Shown: positions 1-9,555 of the stretch, in pieces
Layout of the letters: each line of letters opens with the position of its first letter
How positions within the stretch are numbered: the stretch's first letter is position 1
Source of the DNA: Holosporales bacterium
Lineage (GTDB): Bacteria > Pseudomonadota > Alphaproteobacteria > JAJTHO01
Assembly (NCBI GenBank): GCA_046338525.1
Contig: JBKDWF010000040.1
Span: 46,764 to 110,763, forward strand
DNA length: 64,000 bases
Direction of reading: 5' to 3'
Made by a program: the position numbers and the translations under genes
The notes under the pieces: generated by a model
Told to the model about the DNA's origin: nothing
Seen by the model: only the letters and a program-made list of their open reading frames with translations
The model's database searches: none

Positions 1-522
1 GTCCTCCCCATCACCGGCAAAATCCCTAACCCCTCAGACTTCAACGATCCGGGGCAACAAAAAGCCGTCGCCCGCTCGCTGGAGTACATGGGCCTGACCC
101 CCGGCACACCGCTAAACAATATCCCTATTAATACCGTGTTCATCGGTAGCTGCACCAACAGCCGTATCGAAGACCTCCGCGCCGCCGCCAGTATCGCCAA
201 AGGCCGCCACGTCAAGACTGGCGTACGCGCCATGGTCGTCCCCGGCTCTGGCTTAGTCAAAGAGCAAGCCGAAAGCGAAGGCCTCGATAAAATTTTCCGC
301 GATGCCGGGTTTGACTGGCGAGAGCCGGGCTGTTCCATGTGCCTAGCCATGAACGCCGATCGCTTGGAGCCGGGGGAACGTTGCGCGTCCACCTCCAACC
401 GCAACTTTGAGGGTCGGCAAGGCAGGGGAGGGCGCACCCATCTTGTTAGCCCCATCATGGCCGCCGCCGCCGCCATCAACGGCCACCTGACCGACGTACG
501 GACGTTATTAACGAATCAGTAA
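1..522 (+). CDS. leuC: 3-isopropylmalate dehydratase large subunit, C-terminal part (5' end outside window)
   Basis: Frame 1 is open from base 1. The translation ...[14 protein letters not shown]...[15 protein letters not shown]...[12 protein letters not shown]... carries the aconitase-family LeuC C-terminal motifs (SCTNSR, GCSMCL). Confidence 0.85.
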   Translation, partial: VLPITGKIPNPSDFNDPGQQKAVARSLEYMGLTPGTPLNNIPINTVFIGSCTNSRIEDLRAAASIAKGRHVKTGVRAMVVPGSGLVKEQAESEGLDKIFRDAGFDWREPGCSMCLAMNADRLEPGERCASTSNRNFEGRQGRGGRTHLVSPIMAAAAAINGHLTDVRTLLTNQ

Positions 523-578
523 CCTTTACGCGCCTACATTCATTCCAAACGTTCCAATACAAAAGAGGGAGCGAAAGG

Positions 579-761
579 ATGCGGTTTGGATTACTGGTGT
601 TGACACTCTTCCTCTTGGGGGGGTGCAGTTTTATCTTTGGCAGCAAGGAAGTGCCTGATCCCGTCGGTATTGGCCGTGCCCCAGATGCTTTAAAACAAAG
701 TCCTTGTGCGTGCCTTGAAGTTCCTCAGCAATGGGGGCCGCTAATTGTTGGCAGCAGCTAA
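579..761 (+). CDS. Small lipoprotein (60 aa), candidate VirB7-like T4SS lipoprotein
   Basis: An AGGGAG RBS precedes the ATG. The protein has a signal peptide with lipobox LLGG|C. Its size and its position immediately upstream of virB8 fit VirB7-like lipoproteins. No sequence-level homology can be asserted. Confidence 0.45.
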   Translation: MRFGLLVLTLFLLGGCSFIFGSKEVPDPVGIGRAPDALKQSPCACLEVPQQWGPLIVGSS

Positions 762-776
762 GAATAGGAAATATTA

Positions 777-1511
777 ATGGGATTCGGCGACAAACTCAAG
801 GCGACTTTTGGCACCGTCAATAGCGGTGACTCACTGCGTCCTGCTCCCTACGCCGGAGAAGACAAGATGGGAGCGTACCCCGCCGATGTTAGCGTTCCCG
901 CATTAGAAGGCAAACGCCAACTGTTCACCACCCGCGTTTTCGCGTTGGCGTTTACCGTGAGCATGCTGCTCAACGTCGTGCTGGCCTTTAGCCTAAGCGT
1001 CCTCATGCCGCTCAAACGGGTTGAACCATTTTTGCTTACCTTCAGCGATAAGAGCCAGCAAATCGTCCGTGTTGAGCCTATCAGCAAGGACGCCAGCGGC
1101 TTTCAGCTTCTCATCGAGAGCATGGCGAATGAATTTGTCAAAATCCGCGAGGAATTTATTTTTGACGAACAGGAACAGCAACGGCGCTGGACACAATACA
1201 TAAGACCTCGCGTACCGCAGCGTGAGTTTGAGTCTTTTCTTAAGGAAAGGGCTGAAGTAATTCCCAAAATTCGCGATGCCGGCCTTGGACTAAATGTTGA
1301 AATCGTTAGAACACAACGAGTAAGTCCCAATACCATCGAAGTATACTTTGAAACAACAATCGTTGATAAACGCGGCACGGTTAAAGGGCGCAATTCTTAC
1401 ATTGCCCGCATTTCGTTTGGCTTCCGGCAACAGGCCATCTCCCTCAGTGAACAATATCTTAACCCTCTTGGGTTTACAGTGCTTACTTATCAACGGATAG
1501 AAGCACGATGA
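777..1511 (+). CDS. virB8: Type IV secretion system protein VirB8
   Basis: Bitopic architecture: a short N-terminus, one TM (FALAFTVSMLLNVVLAFSLSVLM), then a periplasmic NTF2-like domain ending in the VirB8-typical NPLGF motif. The stop overlaps the virB9 start (ATGA). Confidence 0.8.
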   Translation: MGFGDKLKATFGTVNSGDSLRPAPYAGEDKMGAYPADVSVPALEGKRQLFTTRVFALAFTVSMLLNVVLAFSLSVLMPLKRVEPFLLTFSDKSQQIVRVEPISKDASGFQLLIESMANEFVKIREEFIFDEQEQQRRWTQYIRPRVPQREFESFLKERAEVIPKIRDAGLGLNVEIVRTQRVSPNTIEVYFETTIVDKRGTVKGRNSYIARISFGFRQQAISLSEQYLNPLGFTVLTYQRIEAR

Positions 1512-3148
1512 AGGGGTTGTTACCCTTAATAGTTGGCCTCTTTTTAGCGTCTCATGCACAGGCGCAGATCGGCCTTGCGCCGCCGCTAGGCAACCCCAAC
1601 ACCGTTCAGGGCGGCGGACAGCCTGATTTTATTCAGCAAACACAGCAAGACATACAACAGCAATCCCAAGGCAACTACCCCGACATGGTGCGGGACTTAA
1701 CCCCCTTGGGGGCTATCCAGCAAAGCTGGAACAACCCCGTCCCCAGCAGTGGCCAGATTTCCCCCGGTATTGTCCGCTACGTCTGGCGACCCGACTACGT
1801 CATGGCTATCCGGACGCGGGAATTCATGCAAACCACTATTGAACTGCCGCAATGGGAGAGTATTTCAGAAATTATTTTAGGGGACAGAACCGTTTTTGAA
1901 GCTCAAAAACTAGGTAAAGACTATATGCTTGCCATCCGCCCCACGCATCCAGGGGCTGATACCAACATGACGGTCATTGGTTCATCGGGAAATATCTACA
2001 ATTTTTATCTACGTTCGGAAGGCTGGAATTCCAAAAACATCACGGACTTCACCGTATTTGTCTTAGCTAACCCAGCCAATGCAGGTGCTTCTAACAGCAT
2101 CGGGGCAGTTCCTCATGCCCCCGGCGCTGGAACACCTATAAACGCCCTTACCGGACAACCCTTTGTGAACCAGCCCATGAGCGGGCTTACTGGCACACCC
2201 AGCGGCACCGCTTTTACCGGCAACACCGCACCCACCACCCCAGAATTTGTGCGTTCCATTGCCTTTGATCCCACCAACCTGCGCTTTGATCTAAAGATTT
2301 ACGCCCCCACCCCTGCCGACGTTGAGATTGCCCCCCTGCGGGCATTTACCGATGGCCTGTGGACGTATTTTGACTACGGAGAGAAAGCCGACACGGTGCG
2401 CCGCCCCGTTGTCTTTCGTGTTGTGGATGGCGTGGACAGCATGGTCAACACCCGCACCATGGGGCCAAGAGGCAATATCATTGTTGCCGAAGCCATTGGC
2501 AATTTCACCCTGCGCAATGGTGATCGCGTCGTTTGTGTTTACCAAGCTGGTGCGCCAAGAACTTTTGAAGGCAACCGCAGCATGCCGCCGCCAGTGCCCA
2601 GTAATGATCCTTCCCTTTTCTTTAACAACCGCCTTGATGGCGCTGCCGACAACGGACTTGGCCCCCAGTATAGCGGCTCCCCCATTGGCGGCGTCAACCG
2701 TCAGCCTAATTTTGCCAACGGCAACGGCGGCGCGATTGGGGGAAATTCGGTTCCAGCCGTTGCTGGCCCCATCGCCGCTCAGGGCATTGCCAACTATCAA
2801 AATTCCCCCATTGTGCCGCTTCAGCCCGCGCCGCAACCTGGCAGTTACAGCCAAGCCTACGGCGGTGTAGCCAACAATATCAGCATCGCTGGCCCCGCCA
2901 GCGTCGGCGGCCCACAATTGTACAGCAACCTACCATCACCTACCCAGACACTACCCCCTGGCTATACCCGACCACAAAGCATCTATAATAACAATTCCAT
3001 CACCACAGTACCCGCAACCACCGGCATAGGTTTTGGCCAACGCCCCCCACTTCCATCCATACCCGTACTACCTTCCAGTGGCGCGCGTACCTACGAGCCA
3101 TCACAACCTCCATCCCCCGCTGCGCTGCAGCAAGGATGGATAAAGTAA
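1508..3148 (+). CDS. virB9: Type IV secretion system protein VirB9 (CagX/TrbG family) with long low-complexity linker and C-terminal tail
   Basis: Signal peptide MKGLLPLIVGLFLASHAQA. The N-domain (VRYVWRPDYVMAIRTREFMQTTIELPQWE...YNFYLRSEG) and C-domain (FDLKIYAPTPADVEIAPLRAFTDGLWTYFDYGE...FRVVDGVDSMVNTRT...FTLRNGDRVVCVY) match the VirB9 fold. A roughly 200-aa P/G/N/S/Q-rich tail follows. Confidence 0.8.
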   Translation: MKGLLPLIVGLFLASHAQAQIGLAPPLGNPNTVQGGGQPDFIQQTQQDIQQQSQGNYPDMVRDLTPLGAIQQSWNNPVPSSGQISPGIVRYVWRPDYVMAIRTREFMQTTIELPQWESISEIILGDRTVFEAQKLGKDYMLAIRPTHPGADTNMTVIGSSGNIYNFYLRSEGWNSKNITDFTVFVLANPANAGASNSIGAVPHAPGAGTPINALTGQPFVNQPMSGLTGTPSGTAFTGNTAPTTPEFVRSIAFDPTNLRFDLKIYAPTPADVEIAPLRAFTDGLWTYFDYGEKADTVRRPVVFRVVDGVDSMVNTRTMGPRGNIIVAEAIGNFTLRNGDRVVCVYQAGAPRTFEGNRSMPPPVPSNDPSLFFNNRLDGAADNGLGPQYSGSPIGGVNRQPNFANGNGGAIGGNSVPAVAGPIAAQGIANYQNSPIVPLQPAPQPGSYSQAYGGVANNISIAGPASVGGPQLYSNLPSPTQTLPPGYTRPQSIYNNNSITTVPATTGIGFGQRPPLPSIPVLPSSGARTYEPSQPPSPAALQQGWIK

Positions 3149-3174
3149 TACTACAAAAAATTAAGGAGAGAGCG

Positions 3175-4560
3175 ATGTTACAGAAAATAAAAAGCCACCA
3201 TTTGATCACCGCAGCCTTGTGCCTGTTGTTGATAGGCTGCGCGAGCACGCCATCAGAACAACCAACTGTAAAACCTGTACTACCTATTGCTATAGATAAC
3301 GCAACAAACCGGCCTTTCTTCTGGGCGTACCAAGATCACCTAGGAGACCCTCTACCAAACAGATCCATAAAATCCGTTGTTTTACCCGAAGCCTTGTTAT
3401 CTGATGTATTACTCGGATTAATCGCGGACAGCGATTTACAACTAAATATAGACCCGGAAATTTCTGATCGTGGCCTGCAAAACGTCAACCTATCTGGCAC
3501 CCTTTCCGAAGCGTTAAATACTCTAGCTCAAGATAATGATTTTTTCGTGCTAAGACAGGGGCAGACGCTATACCTGAAACACAGCCTCAGCTACACTGTG
3601 CCCTTGCCTCCATTGGGTTTTTTTAGCGATTATCAAAGAGATAACCCAAAAAGCAACGCGGCATTATATAACGCCTCCCGCAACCCTTACCGCTCTTTTG
3701 TTGAAGCCCTTACCGCCGCCGGAGCTGTCAGTGTCAACGTTGACAGCAAAGAACGTCTGCTTCACTTCACTGCCAGCCGCGCCAGTCTTGCCGCAGTAGA
3801 CGCATTCCTAGAAGAACAGCGCCGCCTACCTACTGTGGCTTTTCGCACCCGAATTATCAGCTACGCCAACACAGCGTCCCCCAACGATCTTATTCCCGGT
3901 GCTAAAGCACAGGGCGATGCTTGGTTAGGAAAATTCAATGCCGATGATATTGTTCGTCACCTTACCGCTCAACGCTTGGGTAATAGCGTTATTGAAAACG
4001 GTCTCATCATTGTTCCCCTTGGCGGTGAAATACACGCCTCCGCCGGGGTTAATTCTGCCACAGAAGGTTGTCCCATGCTGGACAATCCTATAGGAGCATC
4101 ACTGTTGCAAATCGCCACCAGGAATCAAGATGGTGTCTTAGGGGTAAGCCTTACCTTACAAGCTGTTAATCTAGAGCGTCCTAGTGTACCATGCCGCCTG
4201 CCCGATACTTTACCTTTAATTGCCAACACCCAAACCTTTAATATTGAAGGTGGACGTTCCGTGTTCTTGCCCGGTGTCACCATCGGCCAAGACCGCAACC
4301 TAGGTCTGATTCTCGAATCCCCAGCTATTATCGGCCACATTACCGTTAAACCACCCCGCCCATTTCCGTCTAAGCCATTAGTTGTTAACGGTACGGGTAT
4401 TAGCATTTCCCAAGTCACGCCCATCACTCAAGAGCAACCGCCCCTGAAACCTGAGGAGAAACCCGCAAAAGCAGAAAAAAACTCCAAAAACACTAAAGAT
4501 ATAAAATCAAAGAAGAAACACACTAATAAAAAACAAAACACCATCACGTCAGAACAATAA
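3175..4560 (+). CDS. Lipoprotein of unknown function with secretin-N0/STN-like segment, embedded in the T4SS cluster
   Basis: The start was chosen at the ATG at 3175, six nt after an AAGGAGAGAG SD. The ORF track starts it at 3136. Lipobox LLIG|C. The segment NVNLSGTLSEALNTLAQDNDFFVLRQGQTLYLK resembles secretin-N0/STN domains. A beta-rich C-terminal region and a Lys-rich tail follow. It is co-oriented between virB9 and virB10. Confidence 0.6.
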   Translation: MLQKIKSHHLITAALCLLLIGCASTPSEQPTVKPVLPIAIDNATNRPFFWAYQDHLGDPLPNRSIKSVVLPEALLSDVLLGLIADSDLQLNIDPEISDRGLQNVNLSGTLSEALNTLAQDNDFFVLRQGQTLYLKHSLSYTVPLPPLGFFSDYQRDNPKSNAALYNASRNPYRSFVEALTAAGAVSVNVDSKERLLHFTASRASLAAVDAFLEEQRRLPTVAFRTRIISYANTASPNDLIPGAKAQGDAWLGKFNADDIVRHLTAQRLGNSVIENGLIIVPLGGEIHASAGVNSATEGCPMLDNPIGASLLQIATRNQDGVLGVSLTLQAVNLERPSVPCRLPDTLPLIANTQTFNIEGGRSVFLPGVTIGQDRNLGLILESPAIIGHITVKPPRPFPSKPLVVNGTGISISQVTPITQEQPPLKPEEKPAKAEKNSKNTKDIKSKKKHTNKKQNTITSEQ

Positions 4561-4569
4561 AAGTGATTT

Positions 4570-6285
4570 ATGTCACAAATTTTATTGACATATTCTAATT
4601 TTTGGCGATACTGGATACATCGACAAGATCGAGGTAAACAGATCATGGATAAAAGCCCCGGCATTTTCGGGTTTCACAGTTTTTTGCTCATGGCTATTTT
4701 ATGCCTAGCGGTACTAGGCCTATCTGCCTGCGGCAAAGACGAACCGCCCAGCCCACAGCAACAACCGCAACAAGAGCAAAAAGCCGATACCACGCCAGTT
4801 CAGGATCTTCTCAACATTGCCAACCAACAAAAAGAGTCCCCAAAAAAACCAGCCCTCCTAAAAAATCTTACCGGCGACATCAATCTTGGTAGCGGCAATA
4901 CCATTGGCGACGATCAAATTCGTGATATTACTCTTGAAAATGAAGGCGATGAACCACTCACCATCAAAAACATCACCCTCAACCCCCAAAATGTAACGGA
5001 ATTTGTTCTCGGCGGTAATTGCCTAGCCGGAGTTGTGCTTGATCCTTCACGAAAAGCATGCCGCTTAGAAGTTACCTTCAGACCCGTTAACAACCAAGAA
5101 ATTTCCGCCAGCATTGTTATCACCCACACAGGACAAAATGACACTCTCATAATTCAACTTTCCGGTTCCGGTGCAGAAGCCTATATTCCCCCAGAAATTG
5201 CTCAAGAAAAACCCACAGAACCTACCCAACAGCAGATCGAAGCCATGCGTCTGCAGATGGAACGACGCCAGGGACGGCTCTCCAGCACCCCATCGCTCAA
5301 GGGGCAGCTCCGCAATCAATGGATTATGTCCGACGCCGACTACAAAGATATCGGTTACGGTAAAACAACAGCCACCTTTCCCATTGATAGAACGCGGATG
5401 ATTACCAGCGATCGCTATATTCCTGCTGTCTTGGAAAATACCATCAGTTCACAAATTCCCAGAGGCCGGGTTGTTGCCGTTATTGAAAACCACGTTTATT
5501 CTGCCGAAGGTAGAAACATCCTTATCCCAGCAGGTAGCCGCGCTATTGGCGAATACGATGGCTCTAATAAGGCCGGAACGTCACGCCTTACCGTTGTTTG
5601 GAACCGTATCATTCGCCCCGACGGTGTTGGTATAAATGTTCGCTCCCCTTCCGCCGATCCTATGGGGCGTGTTGGTTTAATTGGTGATGTTGACAATCGC
5701 CTTTTCGATAGATTCGGCGTACCTCTACTGATATCCGCCATTGGTGTTGCCGCCAATTACGCCGCCTCACCCTCACAGGTCACTACCACCACGACCACAG
5801 GAGCATTGGGCATTCTTGGAACATCCACTTCAGAAACAACTACTCGGGAAAATCAAGCCGCACGGCAGTTCAGTGCCGATGCAGTACAAAAATCCCAAGA
5901 GTTCATCCAAAACACAATTTCAATTCAACCAATTATTACTGTTCCAGCCGGAACACGCTTCGTTATACTTCCCACACAGGATATCGAATTCAAAAGCCCG
6001 CAGCTCCTCACCGTTGCGGGAGAAGCGGGCAATATTGTCAGCCAAGCGCAGGCTCTTATTCGCGCCCTACAACGCGGAGACATCGCTGGCGGCTCAGAGC
6101 GGCTTATTGAAATTATTGGCCAAGTATCAAAAGCCGGCGCAATGGGGCAGCCAGGATTCGATACGAGCGGCTCTCCTACTGGTGCTTTTGGTGTTGATAA
6201 CAGCGGCACCAATCAAGTAGGAGGTGCCGCAAATAGTTACGGGCCGGGCCGCTCCAATATTAACCCTCCTATAAATAAGCCATAA
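4570..6285 (+). CDS. virB10: Type IV secretion system protein VirB10 (TrbI family)
   Basis: It has a short N-terminus, one hydrophobic segment and a PQ-rich region. The C-terminal VirB10/TrbI domain follows: AVLENTISSQIPRGRVVAVIENHVYSAEGRNILIPAGSRAIGEY...RLTVVWNRIIRPDGVGINV...GDVDNRLFDRFG. The start could instead be the ATG at 4645, which has a GAGG RBS and an LSAC lipobox-like motif. Confidence 0.85.
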   Translation: MSQILLTYSNFWRYWIHRQDRGKQIMDKSPGIFGFHSFLLMAILCLAVLGLSACGKDEPPSPQQQPQQEQKADTTPVQDLLNIANQQKESPKKPALLKNLTGDINLGSGNTIGDDQIRDITLENEGDEPLTIKNITLNPQNVTEFVLGGNCLAGVVLDPSRKACRLEVTFRPVNNQEISASIVITHTGQNDTLIIQLSGSGAEAYIPPEIAQEKPTEPTQQQIEAMRLQMERRQGRLSSTPSLKGQLRNQWIMSDADYKDIGYGKTTATFPIDRTRMITSDRYIPAVLENTISSQIPRGRVVAVIENHVYSAEGRNILIPAGSRAIGEYDGSNKAGTSRLTVVWNRIIRPDGVGINVRSPSADPMGRVGLIGDVDNRLFDRFGVPLLISAIGVAANYAASPSQVTTTTTTGALGILGTSTSETTTRENQAARQFSADAVQKSQEFIQNTISIQPIITVPAGTRFVILPTQDIEFKSPQLLTVAGEAGNIVSQAQALIRALQRGDIAGGSERLIEIIGQVSKAGAMGQPGFDTSGSPTGAFGVDNSGTNQVGGAANSYGPGRSNINPPINKP

Positions 6286-6289
6286 TTTT

Positions 6290-7396
6290 ATGAGCACCCT
6301 CAACAACAGCACCGCCCTTGACAATCCCCTACTCCTAAGGGCTCTGGAACCTATTGAAAATTATTATTCTAGTTCTGCAGTAGAAGAAATCGCCATCAAC
6401 CGCCCTGGCGAAATCATGATCAAAAAACATGGCAAATCTGGATGGGAGACAGTAACAGCAGAAGAGTTAAACCTGCGAAGCCTGCACGCTTTGTGCCGTA
6501 TGCTTGCCAATGTTACCGAACAATCTTTTGATCTCAACGATCTTCCTATTCTTGCAGCGACCTTGCCGCAAGGTCATCGTTTTCAAGCTGTACTTGGCAC
6601 CAACGTACGCTACGAAATGGGGGATACCAATGGCGTGGCAATATGCATAAGACGCTTTGATCTTAATAAAAAATTTAGCCTAGATGATTTTGATTTACGC
6701 CCACAACAAAAAGCTAAAGAAGACCTGGTGCACCGGGGCGTTGAAAAGAAACGTTACAGCGATTTTCCTTACGAAGATTTGGTATCAGCCGTACAACATG
6801 GTGAAGCTGTATTAATATCCGGGGCAACGTCCACAGGAAAAACAACATTTTTAAATGCACTTATTGATTTTATTCCACGCGATCGGCGTATTGTTACCGT
6901 AGAAGATACTCGGGAAGTTGTCGTACCTCACCCTAATCGAGTTCACTTTGTTGTCTCGCGTACCGCTGGAGCCAATAAAATTGGCTATACTCATATTCTC
7001 GACACCGTTGTTCGCATGACTCCTGATGTTATTGTTTGCGGAGAGGTTTCCGTCACAAATGCCAAGAGCATTTACCGTCTGATGACAACGGGGCATTCAA
7101 ACTTTATGGCAACTATTCACGCCGATTCACCGGAAATGGCACTACGCGCGTTTTGGCAAAACCTTACTCAGACCGATCCAGAACTTGATGCCGAAGCCGC
7201 CGTCGAAATTCTCGCCCGCAGCTTTGGCCGGATTGTACAAATTGACCGCTCCTCCGGTAAGCGCATTATAACCGCTGTGGATGCGCCAAATCTGGTTAAA
7301 AAAGTCGCTCATGAAGCATCGGGCATGACAATGGTACAAAAACCTGCTAATACACCAAAAACAAGAGGAAAAAAAGATGGTTCTAAGCCCTTTTAA
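6290..7396 (+). CDS. virB11: Type IV secretion system ATPase VirB11
   Basis: Walker A GATSTGKTT, followed by VTVEDTREV, a Walker B region and a His-box. The N-terminal domain matches VirB11/TrbB traffic ATPases. Confidence 0.9.
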   Translation: MSTLNNSTALDNPLLLRALEPIENYYSSSAVEEIAINRPGEIMIKKHGKSGWETVTAEELNLRSLHALCRMLANVTEQSFDLNDLPILAATLPQGHRFQAVLGTNVRYEMGDTNGVAICIRRFDLNKKFSLDDFDLRPQQKAKEDLVHRGVEKKRYSDFPYEDLVSAVQHGEAVLISGATSTGKTTFLNALIDFIPRDRRIVTVEDTREVVVPHPNRVHFVVSRTAGANKIGYTHILDTVVRMTPDVIVCGEVSVTNAKSIYRLMTTGHSNFMATIHADSPEMALRAFWQNLTQTDPELDAEAAVEILARSFGRIVQIDRSSGKRIITAVDAPNLVKKVAHEASGMTMVQKPANTPKTRGKKDGSKPF

Positions 7397-9461
7397 CCGC
7401 CAAGATTACGCCGAACAGAAACAGGCAACACTATACCTTTTTCAAGTACTTATCGGCTCTATTATTGCCTTCTTTTTCTTTGTTCCCTTGGTCACAGCAA
7501 CGTACACATTTATTAAATTTGGTGTCTCCCAGAAAGTCGTTTTAGCGGTAGAACAATACTTTAGCATGGCCAAAAACCCCATTTCTTGGTGGCAATGGCA
7601 CCTAAACTGGATTACCACTATTCGCCATGGAAATCCTTATGATTGGAGATTTATTTTTTTACCCGTTGAGATTGTTACATCATTAGGCGGCACCTTGGTC
7701 GTTTTTGTCGGCTTTATGTTAAGCAATCCTTACACTTTTCTCGTCACGACTTTTGGAAACGCGCGCATGGCAACCAGCCGCGACATCGACAAGATGCAGC
7801 TCCTTAAAGGTTGGATCGTCGTTCTAGGCGAGTGTCAACGTAAATTTCTTAAGCTTCCTGAAACCTTATCCGTGTTGTGCGTCGCCCCCCCTGGAACAGG
7901 AAAGACAGTCGCTATTGTCGTACCTACTATCCTTACCTGCAATAATGTATCTATGATTATCAATGATGTTAAACCAGAACTGTTTGATATTACAAGCGGA
8001 TATCGCAGTCAACACAGTTTTTGCCTCAAACTAGAATGGGCTGCAACCGACAATCCGGAACGAGGCATTTTCTATCCCCGTTGGAACGCTCTCTCTCCTT
8101 CTTCTATGCCGCCCCCCGGCGCACAGCGCGACTTGTATATTGATCGCTTAGTGAATATTCTTATTGAAGAACCAAAAGGAAGTGCCGATCCACACTGGAC
8201 AAAACGTGGTCGAGCCGTACTGGCCGGATTTATCCACTATCTTTGTTCCAAAATAGAAGCGGGAAACTGGAATAATATCCCCCTGAACTGGCAAGGGAAA
8301 GAGCCAAGTATTCCCATGCTACTCGACTGGATGACCGAAGCCCAAATTTCTGCCCAAGAAAAAGTCGAGCAACTGCGTAAAACCAACCCAATGGCCGCCA
8401 TGAGCGCGGATCCCATGCGTGATCTGCTGACCGATGCCGTGAAAGAATGCCGTGCCGGTAATTACAGCAACCGCGCCATTTTAGAACTTACCGCGTTGGC
8501 TAATACACCTGATAAGGAACGTGGTTCTATCATGTCTACTATGGATGGGGGACTTGTCGTATTTAAAAACAAAGCTGTACGCGATCGTACCAGCCAAAGC
8601 GATTTTTCCTTCATGGACGTGCGCGGGATGCGCGATCCAGTCACGGGAGAATATAAACCAATGAGCATTTATGTCTGCGTGACTCAGCAAGACGCCAAAG
8701 CCTTGGGTGTTATCACCGGTCTTTTAGTCGAAGCTTTATCCGCTTGGCTTGTCGCCTATCCGCCAAAATCCACCACACCCGATGGTCAAAAAGTCGGACC
8801 CTTTCCGGCTTTGTTTGTCCTTGATGAGTTTCCGCAAATGCCTAAGCTAAGGGCTTTAATTGATGGTCCGGCTGTTGGTCGTGGGCAAAAAGTAAGTTTT
8901 TTAATGATTGGCCAAGACTTAGGACAAATCACAGCTGTATACGGAAAAGACGAAGTAGAAACTGTTATCTCAACCACCGCCGCCAAGGTTGTTCTTGCAC
9001 AAAACAACGAGACTACCGCAAAACGCTTTTCAGAAATGGTGGGTCAACGAACAGTAGAAACAGCATCGCGTTCTCGTACTATGGGGGTAAGCCGGGAAAC
9101 AAATCCATTTGCTGCCAACGTTCAACGCAGCTTACAAGGACAGCCGCTCCTCCGCCCCGAAGATTTTATGACCATCCCCAAAGGAAAGCACTACGTTCTT
9201 TACCAAGGATATCTGTCTAGGCCTATTTTATGCGATACACCAGCATATTATAAACACCCATTACTTAGAACCCTTGTGGACCCGAGCAAGGGTGGGAAAT
9301 ACAAAGCTGCTTCCCCTATGCCCGCTTTCATGACCGAACGCCGCAAAGCGGAATACTTAGCCGAACAAGAGCAAGAACATCTTAAAAAAGCCATGCAAGC
9401 CAGCCTAGAGATAGAAGAAACCCAAAAATCAAAACGCTTACCCATAAATTCCGGGGGCTAA
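7377..9461 (+). CDS. virD4: Type IV coupling protein VirD4/TraG family
   Basis: N-terminal TM helices, Walker A VAPPGTGKTV, a Walker B-like LFVLDEFPQM and the length (694 aa) fit T4CP. It overlaps the virB11 3' end by 20 nt. Confidence 0.9.
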   Translation: MVLSPFNRQDYAEQKQATLYLFQVLIGSIIAFFFFVPLVTATYTFIKFGVSQKVVLAVEQYFSMAKNPISWWQWHLNWITTIRHGNPYDWRFIFLPVEIVTSLGGTLVVFVGFMLSNPYTFLVTTFGNARMATSRDIDKMQLLKGWIVVLGECQRKFLKLPETLSVLCVAPPGTGKTVAIVVPTILTCNNVSMIINDVKPELFDITSGYRSQHSFCLKLEWAATDNPERGIFYPRWNALSPSSMPPPGAQRDLYIDRLVNILIEEPKGSADPHWTKRGRAVLAGFIHYLCSKIEAGNWNNIPLNWQGKEPSIPMLLDWMTEAQISAQEKVEQLRKTNPMAAMSADPMRDLLTDAVKECRAGNYSNRAILELTALANTPDKERGSIMSTMDGGLVVFKNKAVRDRTSQSDFSFMDVRGMRDPVTGEYKPMSIYVCVTQQDAKALGVITGLLVEALSAWLVAYPPKSTTPDGQKVGPFPALFVLDEFPQMPKLRALIDGPAVGRGQKVSFLMIGQDLGQITAVYGKDEVETVISTTAAKVVLAQNNETTAKRFSEMVGQRTVETASRSRTMGVSRETNPFAANVQRSLQGQPLLRPEDFMTIPKGKHYVLYQGYLSRPILCDTPAYYKHPLLRTLVDPSKGGKYKAASPMPAFMTERRKAEYLAEQEQEHLKKAMQASLEIEETQKSKRLPINSGG

Positions 9462-9555
9462 TCCATTAAAATGAAAACACATAATTTGTTCATTCCTCTT
9501 GACATAAACCACCATCTTTCCAACAAAAGAAAAACTTGTTTTTAGGATTTTTACC

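Noticed and set aside
2291-2917. 208-aa minus-strand and 182-aa plus-strand ORFs inside virB9
   Set aside because: Artefacts of the GC-rich low-complexity repeat in the VirB9 linker and tail. The VirB9 frame has clear domain homology.
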